A DNA stretch of 64,000 nucleotides, taken from positions 3,728-67,727 of the forward strand of contig OMVV01000003.1 of assembly GCA_900314585.1 (NCBI GenBank). Reading direction: 5' to 3'. Positions within the stretch are counted from its first letter, which is position 1, and every line of letters begins with the position of its first letter. This stretch comes from an uncultured Erysipelotrichaceae bacterium. GTDB lineage: Bacteria > Bacillota_I > Bacilli_A > RFN20 > CAG-826. Below, in pieces: positions 42,498 through 51,991 of the stretch. The translations under genes and the position numbers were made by a program. The notes under the pieces were generated by a model. The model was not told the origin of the DNA and searched no databases. It saw only the letters and a list, made by a program, of their open reading frames with translations.

Positions 42498-43137
42498 TTA
42501 CTACAATAAATCGATGGAAATCCTCAAAGATATTCGAGATTTGCCGAAGAAACCGACACTTTTGCTCCATGCTTGCTGCGGTCCATGCAGCTGTTATCCA
42601 CTCACTTTTTTGTGTCCACTTTTTGACGTCACAATCTTCTTCAATAACTCCAATATTTATCCATCTGAGGAATATTATCGTCGTCTAAACGAATTGAAGA
42701 AGTTACTTGAGATTTATAAACGCGATTATGGATTTGATGTGAAGATTATTGAGACCAAATATGACAATGATTCCTACAACGTTGACCTTGAACCATACAA
42801 GGACCAACCAGAGGGCACGGATCGATGTTTCATTTGTTTTGAAAAGAGAATGGATGAAGCCTTTAAATTCGCCAACGAAAATGGATTTGATTACTTCACA
42901 ACCGTCATGACTATTTCGCGACAAAAGAATGGTCAAAAACTTAACGAGATTGGTGCAAAACTCCAACAAAAATACCAAAACACCAAATATTTCTTTTCCG
43001 ATTTCAAGAAGAAAAATGGCGCAGAAATTGGTCGCCAACTTAAAAACAAATATGGTCTATATCAACAGCTCTATTGTGGCTGCAAATACACTTACGAAAA
43101 ACTCCAAAGGAAACTAAATGATGAAAAGGCTGCTTAA
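42481..43137 (+). CDS. queH: epoxyqueuosine reductase QueH (DUF208)
   Basis: [21 protein letters not shown] Cys motifs. Start moved to ATG 42481 (17-nt overlap with queA); TTG 42379 would lie inside queA. Confidence 0.8.
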   Translation: MANKINYYNKSMEILKDIRDLPKKPTLLLHACCGPCSCYPLTFLCPLFDVTIFFNNSNIYPSEEYYRRLNELKKLLEIYKRDYGFDVKIIETKYDNDSYNVDLEPYKDQPEGTDRCFICFEKRMDEAFKFANENGFDYFTTVMTISRQKNGQKLNEIGAKLQQKYQNTKYFFSDFKKKNGAEIGRQLKNKYGLYQQLYCGCKYTYEKLQRKLNDEKAA

Positions 43138-44422
43138 GAAATTAGCGAGAATCTTTCTAAAAGTGACCGGTGTCATTCCGTACATGATTTATTTTCGTTT
43201 GAAGTTTTATCACGAATTTAAGAAGGACAAATCTCGTCCGCTTAAAGGTGCAGCTATTGTTATTGCGAACCACACCTCAATCCTTGACTACTTCACAATC
43301 ATGTTCACTTTCCCATTTAGAAAGATCAGAACATTGGTCTCTGAAGCATTATATTCCCACAGAATTCCAGGCAAGATGTCAATGATTATGGATGACATCG
43401 TCGTCCATCGTGAACGAAGTGATTTGACATTTATGTCAAAAGCCGAAAAAGCACTTGCAAAGAAGCAAGTTATTTCTATCTTCCCAGAAGGTCATTTGGT
43501 TAGAAATGGAAAGATTGATACTTTTAGACCCGCTGTTGTTTATCTTGCTTTAAGAACTGGCGCGCCAATTGTTCCAGTTTATATCGATGCTCACTATAAC
43601 TCATGGAAGAGAACTAGGGTTATCACCGGACCAAAAATCAACTTAAGAGAATATTGTGATGAAGATAATCCAACACCAGAAAAAGTCCGTGAATTATGTG
43701 AGATGTTACGCAAAAAAGTTGAGGCGCTAAAAACGCAGTTATATCTCTACCGTAAAATGAAGACATATAACAAGATTAATTTGCGCTCATGGTTTTTGGA
43801 TATTGCTAAGGTAACTTTATGGATTCCAAACTGGTTCATTTTCCCAACCAAATTCCATTATATTGGTGGTGCTTCTAGAAAAGACCGTAAGATCAAAGAT
43901 CGCGGAATGATCGTTTCAAAACACTATTCATTTCTTGATCCACCAATCCTTGATATCCATTATTTTAGCCGTCGAGTTCATATCGTTATTGCCGAAGAGC
44001 TATACACCTCTAATCCATGGCTTTTTAAACATCTTTTATGTATTGAATATCGTCGAATTGCCTCTGCTAGCGATCCAAAATGTTTCATGCAAATAATTAA
44101 TTTTTTGCGCGCTAACGGAGTTGTCGCAATTTATCCAGAAGGTCACATCACTAAAGATGGTGTTGGCGACATTCATAATGGAGCAGCTTATTTTGCGATG
44201 ATTACCAACTCGCCAATTTACATTTATTGGATGAGCGATCCGTACAAATTCTTTAGATGCAATCATGTTATGATTGGCAAGACCATTTATCCAGATCAAA
44301 TCTTGACTAAAGAAGAGATGAAAGATAAGGCTAATATCACTAAGATTCAAGCGGTGCTAAATGAGCGAATTTCCGAGCTCGAAAATGAGGCAAAAAAATA
44401 CGCTCGAAAATCAAAAAAATAG
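43118..44422 (+). CDS. tandem-domain lysophospholipid acyltransferase (two PlsC-like LPLAT domains)
   Basis: Domain 1: NHTSILD ... FPEGH ... PIVPV. Domain 2: KHYSFLD ... YPEGH ... SPIYIY. 434 aa; 20-nt overlap with queH. Confidence 0.8.
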   Translation: MMKRLLKKLARIFLKVTGVIPYMIYFRLKFYHEFKKDKSRPLKGAAIVIANHTSILDYFTIMFTFPFRKIRTLVSEALYSHRIPGKMSMIMDDIVVHRERSDLTFMSKAEKALAKKQVISIFPEGHLVRNGKIDTFRPAVVYLALRTGAPIVPVYIDAHYNSWKRTRVITGPKINLREYCDEDNPTPEKVRELCEMLRKKVEALKTQLYLYRKMKTYNKINLRSWFLDIAKVTLWIPNWFIFPTKFHYIGGASRKDRKIKDRGMIVSKHYSFLDPPILDIHYFSRRVHIVIAEELYTSNPWLFKHLLCIEYRRIASASDPKCFMQIINFLRANGVVAIYPEGHITKDGVGDIHNGAAYFAMITNSPIYIYWMSDPYKFFRCNHVMIGKTIYPDQILTKEEMKDKANITKIQAVLNERISELENEAKKYARKSKK

Positions 44423-44442
44423 CAAAAAATTTATCGAAAATT

Positions 44443-44465
44443 GGACCAAAAAGTGGTCCTTTTTT
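44443..44465 (+). terminator. rho-independent terminator
   Basis: ggacca-aaaag-tggtcc followed by tttttt. Confidence 0.75.
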
Positions 44466-44498
44466 CATTCTATATCTAATAAATATTTAATATTTTTC

Positions 44499-44527
44499 TT
44501 GCGTCATATTATATATAGGCGTATATT
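44499..44527 (+). promoter_or_regulatory. candidate sigmaA promoter of the S10 operon (TTGCGT-17-TATATT)
   Basis: -35-like 44499-44504 and -10-like 44522-44527 with 17-nt spacing. Predicts a 5' UTR of about 125 nt. Confidence 0.4.
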
Positions 44528-44533
44528 TATACA

Positions 44534-44650
44534 CGTTATCGTTTGCGTTGACATGCGAGGTTGCTGACACACCAACAGGCGTTGTCATGATAGGGTGTCA
44601 GGTAATTCGTTAATAGAGCAAATCGATAAAAGCCTGAGAAAAATTTATAG
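44534..44650 (+). promoter_or_regulatory. structured 5' leader of rpsJ (possible r-protein autoregulatory element)
   Basis: Hairpin ctgacac(a)cc...gggtgtcag at 44564..44601 with an inner caac/gttg stem. The leader is unusually GC-rich for this genome. Confidence 0.35.
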
Positions 44651-44661
44651 GAGGTAAATTC

Positions 44662-44973
44662 ATGGCAAAAGTAAAAACCATTCGGGTTCGTTTGCAAGCC
44701 TATGATCACAAGATTCTCGATCTAGCGGTTGAGAAGATCATCTCTGCAGCGAAGAAGACTGGGGCTGGTGTTGTGGGCCCTATTCCTCTACCAACCGAAA
44801 AGCAAGTTTATACAATCTTGCGCGCTGTGCATAAGTACAAAGATGCTCGTGAACAGTTCGAAATTAGAACACACAAGAGATTGATCGATATCACCAATCC
44901 AACCAAGGAAACAGTCGATACACTTAGAAAGCTCGACTTACCATCTGGAGTAGATATCGACATCAAGTTATAA
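44662..44973 (+). CDS. rpsJ: 30S ribosomal protein S10
   Basis: Translation matches uS10; SD AGGAGG; first gene of the S10 operon. Confidence 0.97.
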   Translation: MAKVKTIRVRLQAYDHKILDLAVEKIISAAKKTGAGVVGPIPLPTEKQVYTILRAVHKYKDAREQFEIRTHKRLIDITNPTKETVDTLRKLDLPSGVDIDIKL

Positions 44974-44987
44974 GGAGGTAAGACATC

Positions 44988-45890
44988 ATGAAACAAATCA
45001 TTGGTCGTAAAATGGGCATGACAGAAGTCTTCGCTAAAGATGGCACTATGTATGCTGTTACCGTTATTGAAGTCTTACCAAACGTCGTTACTCAAGTTAA
45101 AACTCTTGAAAAAGACGGATATGACGCTCTTCAAGTCGGATTTGAAGAAAAGAAAGAATCAAGAGCGAACAAAGCTGAAAAAGGTCACTTCGCTAAAGCT
45201 GGTGTCCCAGTCATGCAAGTTCTTGGTGAAATCAAAGGTGATGAACTCGCTAACTTCAAAGTTGGTGACAAAGTTACTGCTGATATCTTCAAAGCTGGAG
45301 ATGTCGTCGACGTAATCGGTACCTCAAAAGGTCGCGGTTATGCCGGTACCATCAAACGTTGGGGTCATAAGATTGGTCCAAAAGGACATGGATCTGGCTA
45401 CCATAGAGGACAAGGTTCATTCGCTAACAACGGTCGTAATAACGCGCGTGTTATTCCAGGTAAGAAAATGTCTGGTCACCACGGTAACTTATCCGCCACA
45501 ATCCTCAACCAATTAGTGGTCGAAGCAAATGCGGAAAAGAATTACATCTTAGTTAGAGGTTCTGTCCCAGGTGCTAAAAAATCGTTAGTGCTTATCCGCT
45601 CTGCGATTAAAGTCCAACTCGGCAAACCAGAAAAAGTCCATGATCTCATCGACTTTGAAGCCGAAAAAAGAGCAGCCGAAGAAGCTCGTAAAGCAGAAGA
45701 AGCTCGCATCGCCGCTGAAAAATTAGCTGCTGAAGAAGCCGCTAAGAAAGCCGCGGAAGAAGCCAAAGCTGCCGAAGAAGCCGCCAAGAAAGCTGCCGAA
45801 GAAGCAAAAGCAAATGAAGCCAAGGTTGAAGAAGCTCCAAAAGCTGAAGAACCAAAAGCCGAAGTTGCTCCTGAAGCGAAAGGAGAATAG
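44988..45890 (+). CDS. rplC: 50S ribosomal protein L3 with about 90-aa C-terminal Ala/Glu/Lys extension
   Basis: uL3 core aa 1-210 (GTSKGRGYAGTIKRWG), then the AEEAAKK-type tail; 300 aa. Confidence 0.97.
   Translation: MKQIIGRKMGMTEVFAKDGTMYAVTVIEVLPNVVTQVKTLEKDGYDALQVGFEEKKESRANKAEKGHFAKAGVPVMQVLGEIKGDELANFKVGDKVTADIFKAGDVVDVIGTSKGRGYAGTIKRWGHKIGPKGHGSGYHRGQGSFANNGRNNARVIPGKKMSGHHGNLSATILNQLVVEANAEKNYILVRGSVPGAKKSLVLIRSAIKVQLGKPEKVHDLIDFEAEKRAAEEARKAEEARIAAEKLAAEEAAKKAAEEAKAAEEAAKKAAEEAKANEAKVEEAPKAEEPKAEVAPEAKGE
45729..45812 (+). repeat. 2 x 42-bp in-frame tandem repeat (AEEAAKKAAEEAKA x2) in the L3 tail
   Basis: Read directly: units 45729..45770 and 45771..45812 encode identical 14-aa peptides with synonymous differences. 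Confidence 0.85.
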
Positions 45891-45892
45891 TT

Positions 45893-46531
45893 ATGGCAAA
45901 GAAAATTACATTAGACGTCTATTCTCAAGCAGGCGAGAAAGTCTCAACTGTCGATGTCTCAAGTTATGTCTTTGGTCAAAAGGAAAATGTCCAAGTTATG
46001 CATGATGCCGTTGTGGTTTATCAAGCTAACATGAGACAAGATACCGCTAAGACAAAGAAAAGAGACGAAGTCAGTGGTGGTGGTAAGAAACCATGGAGAC
46101 AAAAAGGCACAGGTCGTGCCCGTGCAGGATCTACCCGTTCCCCAATCTGGGTTGGTGGTGGAACTGTCTTCGGTCCAACTGGTGTCCAAAATCACAAAAT
46201 TAAACAAAACCGTAAGGAACACAATCTTGCCTTAAGATGTGCATATTCCTCAAAGGTTAAAGATCTCATCGTCGTTGACTCATTCAAGTTCAATGAAAAG
46301 AAAACAAAGAATGTCGTCAAGATGCTCAAAGATCTTAAAGCTGAAGGCAAAGTCCTCATCGTCTTATCTGAAGAAAATGATAACCTCGTCTACAGCGCAT
46401 CCAATATTGCAACCGCATGCGTTACTCCAGTCGAAAACGTTTCTGTCTACGACTTGATGTACTTCAACAAAGTTGTGATGGATAAAGCAACCTTAAAGGT
46501 TGTTGAAAATTCATTAGAGGAGGCAAACTAG
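45893..46531 (+). CDS. rplD: 50S ribosomal protein L4
   Basis: uL4 (KPWRQKGTGRARAGS). Confidence 0.97.
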   Translation: MAKKITLDVYSQAGEKVSTVDVSSYVFGQKENVQVMHDAVVVYQANMRQDTAKTKKRDEVSGGGKKPWRQKGTGRARAGSTRSPIWVGGGTVFGPTGVQNHKIKQNRKEHNLALRCAYSSKVKDLIVVDSFKFNEKKTKNVVKMLKDLKAEGKVLIVLSEENDNLVYSASNIATACVTPVENVSVYDLMYFNKVVMDKATLKVVENSLEEAN

Positions 46532-46532
46532 T

Positions 46533-46856
46533 ATGGCAAAAGCAACTAAAGCAGTTAGCAAAGCTACAATCCATGATTACGAAGTCATTCTTGAACCAGT
46601 CATCACGGAAAAAACAATGTCCCTCATGCAAGAACAAAACAAAGTGACTGTCAAAGTCGCTCCAAAAGCTAACCGCGCGGACGTTAAGAAAGCCTTCGAA
46701 CATGTCTTCGGAGTCAAAGTCCTCAACGTTAACATTGTAAATGTTCCTAGCAAACAAACCACTAGAGGTGGCCGCTACAAAGGCACAATCAGTGGATTCA
46801 AGAAAGCCGTTGTCACTATCGCCGATGGCGAAGCCCTCGACTTATTCAAAGAGTAA
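46533..46856 (+). CDS. rplW: 50S ribosomal protein L23
   Basis: uL23; canonical position. Confidence 0.95.
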   Translation: MAKATKAVSKATIHDYEVILEPVITEKTMSLMQEQNKVTVKVAPKANRADVKKAFEHVFGVKVLNVNIVNVPSKQTTRGGRYKGTISGFKKAVVTIADGEALDLFKE

Positions 46857-46892
46857 CCTGAAATAGGGTTTACACATTATAGGAGGTAAAAA

Positions 46893-47726
46893 ATGTCAAT
46901 TAGAACATTCAGACCGACATCTGCATCTCGCAGAAACATGACGAATCTGACATATGAAGAAATCACCAAATCAACTCCTGAAAAAAGTTTAACAGTTAAA
47001 CTTAGCAAAACTGGCGGTCGTAATAACCAAGGCGTTATCACAACCCGTCACATCGGTGGTGGTCATAAGCGCAGATATCGTATCGTCGATTTCAAAAGAA
47101 ATAAAGACGACATTGTCGGTATCGTAAAAGCGGTTGAATATGATCCAAACCGTAACGCAAATATTCTTCTCATCGTCTATAGCGATGGTGAAAAGAGATA
47201 CATTCTTGCCCCACAAGGCTTGAAGGTCGGAGATAAAGTTGTCTCCGGTGAAAATGTCGATATTAAAGTCGGAAACGCTCTACCACTCAAGAACATTCCT
47301 GAAGGTACATTCGTACATAACGTAGAGCTCTCTCCAAAGAAAGGTGGCCAAATGTGTCGTGCTGCCGGAACCAGTGCTCAAATCCTTGGTTCTGAAGGCA
47401 AATACGTCATTCTCCGCCTCGCATCTGGAGAAGTTAGAAAAGTCTTAAATAGCTGCCGCGCTACGATCGGCGTCGTCGGCAATGAAGATTACGCCCTTGT
47501 TAACAAGGGTAAAGCTGGTAAGACCCGCTGGTTAGGCACCCGCCCAACCGTCCGTGGTTCGGTTATGAACCCTAACGATCACCCTCATGGTGGTGGTGAA
47601 GGTAAATCCCCAGTTGGACGTGACGCACCAAGAACCCCATGGGGTAAACGTGCATTAGGCGTCAAGACACGCCGCAATAAAAAAGCTTCTACAAAATTAA
47701 TCGTCCGTAGAAGAAATGGCAAATAA
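46893..47726 (+). CDS. rplB: 50S ribosomal protein L2
   Basis: uL2 ([14 protein letters not shown]). Confidence 0.98.
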   Translation: MSIRTFRPTSASRRNMTNLTYEEITKSTPEKSLTVKLSKTGGRNNQGVITTRHIGGGHKRRYRIVDFKRNKDDIVGIVKAVEYDPNRNANILLIVYSDGEKRYILAPQGLKVGDKVVSGENVDIKVGNALPLKNIPEGTFVHNVELSPKKGGQMCRAAGTSAQILGSEGKYVILRLASGEVRKVLNSCRATIGVVGNEDYALVNKGKAGKTRWLGTRPTVRGSVMNPNDHPHGGGEGKSPVGRDAPRTPWGKRALGVKTRRNKKASTKLIVRRRNGK

Positions 47727-47744
47727 TGAAAGGAGAAATTGAAA

Positions 47745-48035
47745 ATGGCAAGATCAATTAAAAAAGGACCATTCTGTGATGCATATCTTCTTAAGAAGGT
47801 TGACGCATTAAACGCTGCCAACAAGAAAGAAGTCATCAAGACTTGGTCACGTCGTTCCACAATTTTCCCATCATTTGTCGAACACACCTTCGCTGTCTAT
47901 AACGGCCGCGAACATATCACAGTCTATGTCACTGAAGATATGGTTGGACATAAGTTAGGCGAATTCGCCCCAACCAGAACCTTCAAAGGACATCACGGCA
48001 ACAATGCAGAAGATCGTGCTGCAGCCGCAAAGTAA
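47745..48035 (+). CDS. rpsS: 30S ribosomal protein S19
   Basis: [10 protein letters not shown] start at ATG 47745 (the ORF-track start 47739 is TTG); SD AGGAG. Confidence 0.96.
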   Translation: MARSIKKGPFCDAYLLKKVDALNAANKKEVIKTWSRRSTIFPSFVEHTFAVYNGREHITVYVTEDMVGHKLGEFAPTRTFKGHHGNNAEDRAAAAK

Positions 48036-48045
48036 GGAGGTAAAT

Positions 48046-48534
48046 ATGGCAGAAGCAAAGAAAACCGCTGCAAAGAAAGCCCCAACCAAAAAGGTTGAAG
48101 AGCCAAAAGTAGAAGCAGCAGAAGCTAAAGAAGTTAAACCTGCTAAAGAAGCCAAGAAAGAAGCGAAAGCGAAAGTCGAAGCTCCTAAGAAGCCAGTTGT
48201 AACCTCCGCTCGCGCAGTCGCGTATGACGTCCGCGTCACTCCACGTAAAGCGCGCTTAGTAATTGATTTAATTAGAGGATTAAGCGTTAACGAAGCATTA
48301 GGCGTTCTCGCCAATGTTAATAAGGCTGCATCCCCAATCGTTGCCAAAGTTGTTAAATCAGCTGCTAGCAACGCAATTAATAACTTCGGTATGGATGAAG
48401 ATAGACTCTATGTCGCTGAAATCTATGCCAACGATGGATTAAGAATGAAACGATTCCTTCCAAGAGCTAAAGGATCAGCATCAGGCTTAGTCAAACGTAC
48501 CAGCCACATCACTGTGGTGGTCAAACAAAGATAG
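48046..48534 (+). CDS. rplV: 50S ribosomal protein L22 with about 50-aa N-terminal Lys/Ala/Glu extension
   Basis: ATG 48046 after SD AAGGAGG. The uL22 core starts near [20 protein letters not shown]. Confidence 0.95.
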   Translation: MAEAKKTAAKKAPTKKVEEPKVEAAEAKEVKPAKEAKKEAKAKVEAPKKPVVTSARAVAYDVRVTPRKARLVIDLIRGLSVNEALGVLANVNKAASPIVAKVVKSAASNAINNFGMDEDRLYVAEIYANDGLRMKRFLPRAKGSASGLVKRTSHITVVVKQR

Positions 48535-48546
48535 GAGGAAAAATCG

Positions 48547-49218
48547 ATGGGTCAAAAAGTTAGTCCTGTAGGTATGCGTGTTGGTATCAATCGCGATTGG
48601 CATTCTCGCTGGTTCGCCTCTGATAACGAATTCGCAACATTCCTTCATGAAGATATCAAAGTCCGTAAATATCTTTCCAAACAATTAAAAGAAGCTCTTC
48701 TCTCTCATATTGAAATTGAGAGACGTAAAAACGACAAGGGTCACGACGTGACAATCATGTTATTCGTCGCTCGTCCAGGTGTCGTCATCGGACAAGAAGG
48801 CGCTAACATCAATCGCCTTAAAAAAGAAGTTAGCAAAATGCTCAAAGGCTCCAATGTCAAACTTGAAGTCGTCGAAGTCAAACAACCAGACCTCGATGCT
48901 CAATTAGTTGCTCAATGGATCGCCACCGAGCTTGAAAATCGTGCCTCATTTAGAACCGCGCAAAAGAAAGCCATTCAACGCGTTCGTAAAGCTGGTGCTA
49001 AAGGATGCCGTACTCTCGTCTCTGGTCGATTAGGCGGTGCTGATATCGCTCGTAGCGAAGGTTATAAGGAAGGTATCATTCCATTAACCACACTCCGCAC
49101 CAACATCGACTTTGCAATCGCTGAAGCTGTCACTCCTTATGGCCGTTTAGGTGTTAAGGTCTGGATCTGCTTAGGCGAAAAGAAAGACGAAGAAAAAGAC
49201 GCCAAAGGAGATAGATAA
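48547..49218 (+). CDS. rpsC: 30S ribosomal protein S3
   Basis: [13 protein letters not shown]; KH domain. Confidence 0.98.
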   Translation: MGQKVSPVGMRVGINRDWHSRWFASDNEFATFLHEDIKVRKYLSKQLKEALLSHIEIERRKNDKGHDVTIMLFVARPGVVIGQEGANINRLKKEVSKMLKGSNVKLEVVEVKQPDLDAQLVAQWIATELENRASFRTAQKKAIQRVRKAGAKGCRTLVSGRLGGADIARSEGYKEGIIPLTTLRTNIDFAIAEAVTPYGRLGVKVWICLGEKKDEEKDAKGDR

Positions 49219-49219
49219 T

Positions 49220-49633
49220 ATGTTACAACCAAAAAGAGTTAAATATCGTCGCCCTCATGGCATCAAATATGAAGGCTTATCCAAAGGTGGAAACGAAGTT
49301 TCATTCGGTGAATATGGTTTACAAGCCGTCACAGGCGCATGGATCACAGATCGCCAAATCGAATCCGCTCGTATCGTCTTAAGCCGTTATACCAAGAAAG
49401 AAGGCAAGGTTTATATCAGAATCTTCCCACATCTTGCTAAAACTAAAAAACCAGCCGAAGTTCGTATGGGTTCAGGTAAAGGTAATCCAGAACAATGGGT
49501 CGCTGTTGTTAAAACCGGACGTGTCATGTTTGAAATGGGTGGTGTCCCAGAAGAAGTCGCTCGCGAAGCCCTTCGTCTTGCCGCCTATAAACTTCCAAAC
49601 AAATGCCGCGTCGTCAAAAAGGAGGGTAAGTAA
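49220..49633 (+). CDS. rplP: 50S ribosomal protein L16
   Basis: [11 protein letters not shown]. Confidence 0.98.
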   Translation: MLQPKRVKYRRPHGIKYEGLSKGGNEVSFGEYGLQAVTGAWITDRQIESARIVLSRYTKKEGKVYIRIFPHLAKTKKPAEVRMGSGKGNPEQWVAVVKTGRVMFEMGGVPEEVAREALRLAAYKLPNKCRVVKKEGK

Positions 49634-49831
49634 ATGAAAGTCAATGAATTTCGTGATATGAGTAACGAAGAACTTAATGAAAAAGTTTACTTACTCAAAG
49701 AAGAATTATTCAATCTCCGTAGAAAGAAAGCCGTTGGCCAACTTGAACACGGTGAAGAAGTTAGAAGAGTTCGTAAAGATATCGCGCGTGCCAAAATGGT
49801 GCAACGCGAAAGAACTCTCGGTGCTAAATAA
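49634..49831 (+). CDS. rpmC: 50S ribosomal protein L29
   Basis: 65 aa, coiled uL29; canonical position. Confidence 0.95.
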   Translation: MKVNEFRDMSNEELNEKVYLLKEELFNLRRKKAVGQLEHGEEVRRVRKDIARAKMVQRERTLGAK

Positions 49832-49844
49832 GGAGGATTAGACC

Positions 49845-50330
49845 ATGGAAAGAAATAGAAGAACATCACTTCAAGGTGTCGTCGTTTCTAACAAGATGAG
49901 CAAAACAATTGTCGTCGAAGTCGAAACTCACAAAAAGCACCCAAAGTACTTAAAACGCGTTAAATACTCTAATAAATATTACGCGCATGATGAAAACAAC
50001 GTCGCCAAAGTTGGTGATACCGTTACCATCATGGGTTGCCGTCCATTAAGTGCAACCAAAAGATTCCGCCTCGTCAGCGTCGATAAACATGCGGTTGAAT
50101 CCATTAAAGAAATGGAAGCCGAACTCGAAGCTAAAGAGGAAGCGGTCTTGGAAGAAAAGCCAGCTCCAAAAGCTAGTGAAGTCAAAGTAGAAGAGCCAAA
50201 AGTTGAAGCTCCTGAAGTAAAAGAAGAAGCTCCAGCGAAGAAGCCAGCTGCTAAGAAAGCTCCAGCTAAAAAAGTAGCTGCAAAGAAACCAGCCGCGAAG
50301 AAACCTGCTGCTAAAGCAGAAGAAAAGTAG
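49845..50330 (+). CDS. rpsQ: 30S ribosomal protein S17 with about 75-aa C-terminal extension
   Basis: uS17 core to about aa 86, then EEKPAPK...[27 protein letters not shown]. Confidence 0.95.
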   Translation: MERNRRTSLQGVVVSNKMSKTIVVEVETHKKHPKYLKRVKYSNKYYAHDENNVAKVGDTVTIMGCRPLSATKRFRLVSVDKHAVESIKEMEAELEAKEEAVLEEKPAPKASEVKVEEPKVEAPEVKEEAPAKKPAAKKAPAKKVAAKKPAAKKPAAKAEEK

Positions 50331-50341
50331 GAGGTTAAGTT

Positions 50342-50716
50342 ATGATTCAAACAGAAACAAACTTAGTCGTCGCCGATAATAGTGGTGCACGTTCTGTACG
50401 TGTCTTCCGTCTTAAAGGTGGATCTACTCGTAAATCATGTAGCATCGGTGACATTGTCACCTGTGCCGTTAAAGAAGCCATTCCAAATGGACGTGTTAAA
50501 AAGAGCGATATCGTCAAAGGTATCATCGTCCGCACCAAACATGCGATCAACCGTCCAGATGGTAGTCAAATCGCTTTCGATGATAACGCTGTTGTCTTAA
50601 TCGACAATGAAGGCGCGCCAATCGGAACCCGTGTCTTTGGCCCAGTGGCTCGTGAACTTCGTGATAAGGGTGAAGGTTATATGAAGATCGTCTCCCTCGC
50701 CACCGAAGTCTTATAA
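50342..50716 (+). CDS. rplN: 50S ribosomal protein L14
   Basis: [17 protein letters not shown]. Confidence 0.98.
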   Translation: MIQTETNLVVADNSGARSVRVFRLKGGSTRKSCSIGDIVTCAVKEAIPNGRVKKSDIVKGIIVRTKHAINRPDGSQIAFDDNAVVLIDNEGAPIGTRVFGPVARELRDKGEGYMKIVSLATEVL

Positions 50717-50729
50717 GGAGGACGTTAAG

Positions 50730-51041
50730 ATGAAAATTATCAAAGGTGATAAAGTAATCGTCATCGCTGGTAAAGACAAAGGCAAAACTGGTATCGTTCA
50801 AGCGGTTTATCCACGTGTTAACAAAGTCGTTGTCGAAGGCGTTAACGTTCACAAAAAACACAAAAAACCAACTCAACAATCTCCAGAAGGATCAGTTGTT
50901 GAAATGTATGTGCCAATCGATGCAAGTAATGTTGCCATCGTTGACCCAAAAACAAAGAAAGCTTCCCGCATCGCTTATGTAATCGATGACAAGGGCAAAA
51001 AGAGTCGTGTCTCTAAAGCCAGCGGAAGCAAACTTAACTAG
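50730..51041 (+). CDS. rplX: 50S ribosomal protein L24
   Basis: [18 protein letters not shown] motif. Confidence 0.97.
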   Translation: MKIIKGDKVIVIAGKDKGKTGIVQAVYPRVNKVVVEGVNVHKKHKKPTQQSPEGSVVEMYVPIDASNVAIVDPKTKKASRIAYVIDDKGKKSRVSKASGSKLN

Positions 51042-51052
51042 GAGGAAAAGTC

Positions 51053-51772
51053 ATGGCAGAAACCAAGAAACCTGCAGCAAAGTCTGCAGCAGTCAAGAAA
51101 CCAGCTGCTAAAAAGACTGCTACCAAGTCCGCTCCTAAAGCCGAAGTTAAAGAAGTGAAAGCTGAAGCTCCAAAGGCCGCCCCAAAAGCTGCTCCTAAAA
51201 AAGCATCAAAAGGCGCACCAAAAAGAGTCAACTCAACTCGTCTTCTTGACAAATATAATAACGAAATCAAGAAAGCCTTGATGGAAAAATATCATTATTC
51301 TTCCGTTATGCAAGTGCCACATCTTGAAAAGATCGTTATCAACGTCGGTGTCGGAGAAGCCCTCACTAACAACAAAGCAATCGACGAAGTTGTTAATGAA
51401 CTCGGACTTATCACTGGCCAACACCCAGTCACCACCAAAGCAAAGAAATCTATCGCAAGTTTCAAACTTCGTGAAGGACAAGCGATCGGTGTCAAAGTCA
51501 CCTTACGCGATGTCAGAATGTATGAATTCTTCGATAAACTCGTTTCTATCGCGCTTCCACGTGTTAGAGACTTCCGTGGGGTAAGCAAAAACTCTTTCGA
51601 TGGTCATGGTAACTATACCTTGGGCGTCAAAGAACAACTTATCTTCCCAGAAATCGACTACGATAAAGTCAACAAAATTAGAGGAATGGATATCGTTATC
51701 GTCACCTCGGCAAATAGTGATGATGAAGCCTTCAACTTACTTGATGCTCTAGGCATGCCATTCCATAGATAA
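51053..51772 (+). CDS. rplE: 50S ribosomal protein L5 with about 60-aa N-terminal extension
   Basis: The uL5 core starts near [14 protein letters not shown] and is preceded by an AKKPAAKK-type segment; 239 aa. Confidence 0.95.
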   Translation: MAETKKPAAKSAAVKKPAAKKTATKSAPKAEVKEVKAEAPKAAPKAAPKKASKGAPKRVNSTRLLDKYNNEIKKALMEKYHYSSVMQVPHLEKIVINVGVGEALTNNKAIDEVVNELGLITGQHPVTTKAKKSIASFKLREGQAIGVKVTLRDVRMYEFFDKLVSIALPRVRDFRGVSKNSFDGHGNYTLGVKEQLIFPEIDYDKVNKIRGMDIVIVTSANSDDEAFNLLDALGMPFHR

Positions 51773-51785
51773 GGAGGAAATAGCA

Positions 51786-51971
51786 ATGGCAAAAACTTCA
51801 ATGAAGGTCAAATGCGCTCGACCAAAGAAATTCAAAGTGCGCGAATATACTCGTTGTGAACGTTGCGGACGTCCTCACTCAGTCTATTCAAAATTTAAAT
51901 TATGCCGTGTTTGCTTACGCGAACTCGCTTATAAAGGCGAAATTCCAGGCATGAAAAAATCAAGTTGGTAA
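51786..51971 (+). CDS. rpsN: 30S ribosomal protein S14, Zn-ribbon (type Z) form
   Basis: 61 aa, CERCG...CRVC. Confidence 0.96.
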   Translation: MAKTSMKVKCARPKKFKVREYTRCERCGRPHSVYSKFKLCRVCLRELAYKGEIPGMKKSSW

Positions 51972-51991
51972 TTGAAGGAGGAAAATAAATT

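Noticed and set aside
44548-44553. TTGACA hexamer in the rpsJ leader as the -35 of the S10 promoter
   Set aside because: No -10-like hexamer lies 16-19 nt downstream (the sequence there is GC-rich, ..ctgacacacc..). The upstream TTGCGT-17-TATATT pair fits better.
45542-45823. 93-aa minus-strand ORF (MASFAFASSAAFLAASS...) antisense to the L3 tail
   Set aside because: It is a mirror image of the GCN/GAA/AAG-rich Ala/Glu/Lys coding repeat, which gives an open Ala/Ser/Phe frame by composition alone. It has no SD and lies inside a highly expressed r-protein gene.
47955-48371. 138-aa minus-strand ORF antisense to rpsS/rplV
   Set aside because: Same artefact: the Ala/Lys-rich L22 extension keeps the antisense frame open. 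The product is low-complexity with no start signals.
49979-50350. 123-aa minus-strand ORF antisense to the S17 tail
   Set aside because: Antisense of the AKKPAAKK-coding repeat; a compositional artefact.
51034-51270. 78-aa minus-strand ORF antisense to the L5 N-terminal extension
   Set aside because: Antisense of Ala/Lys-rich coding sequence; a compositional artefact.
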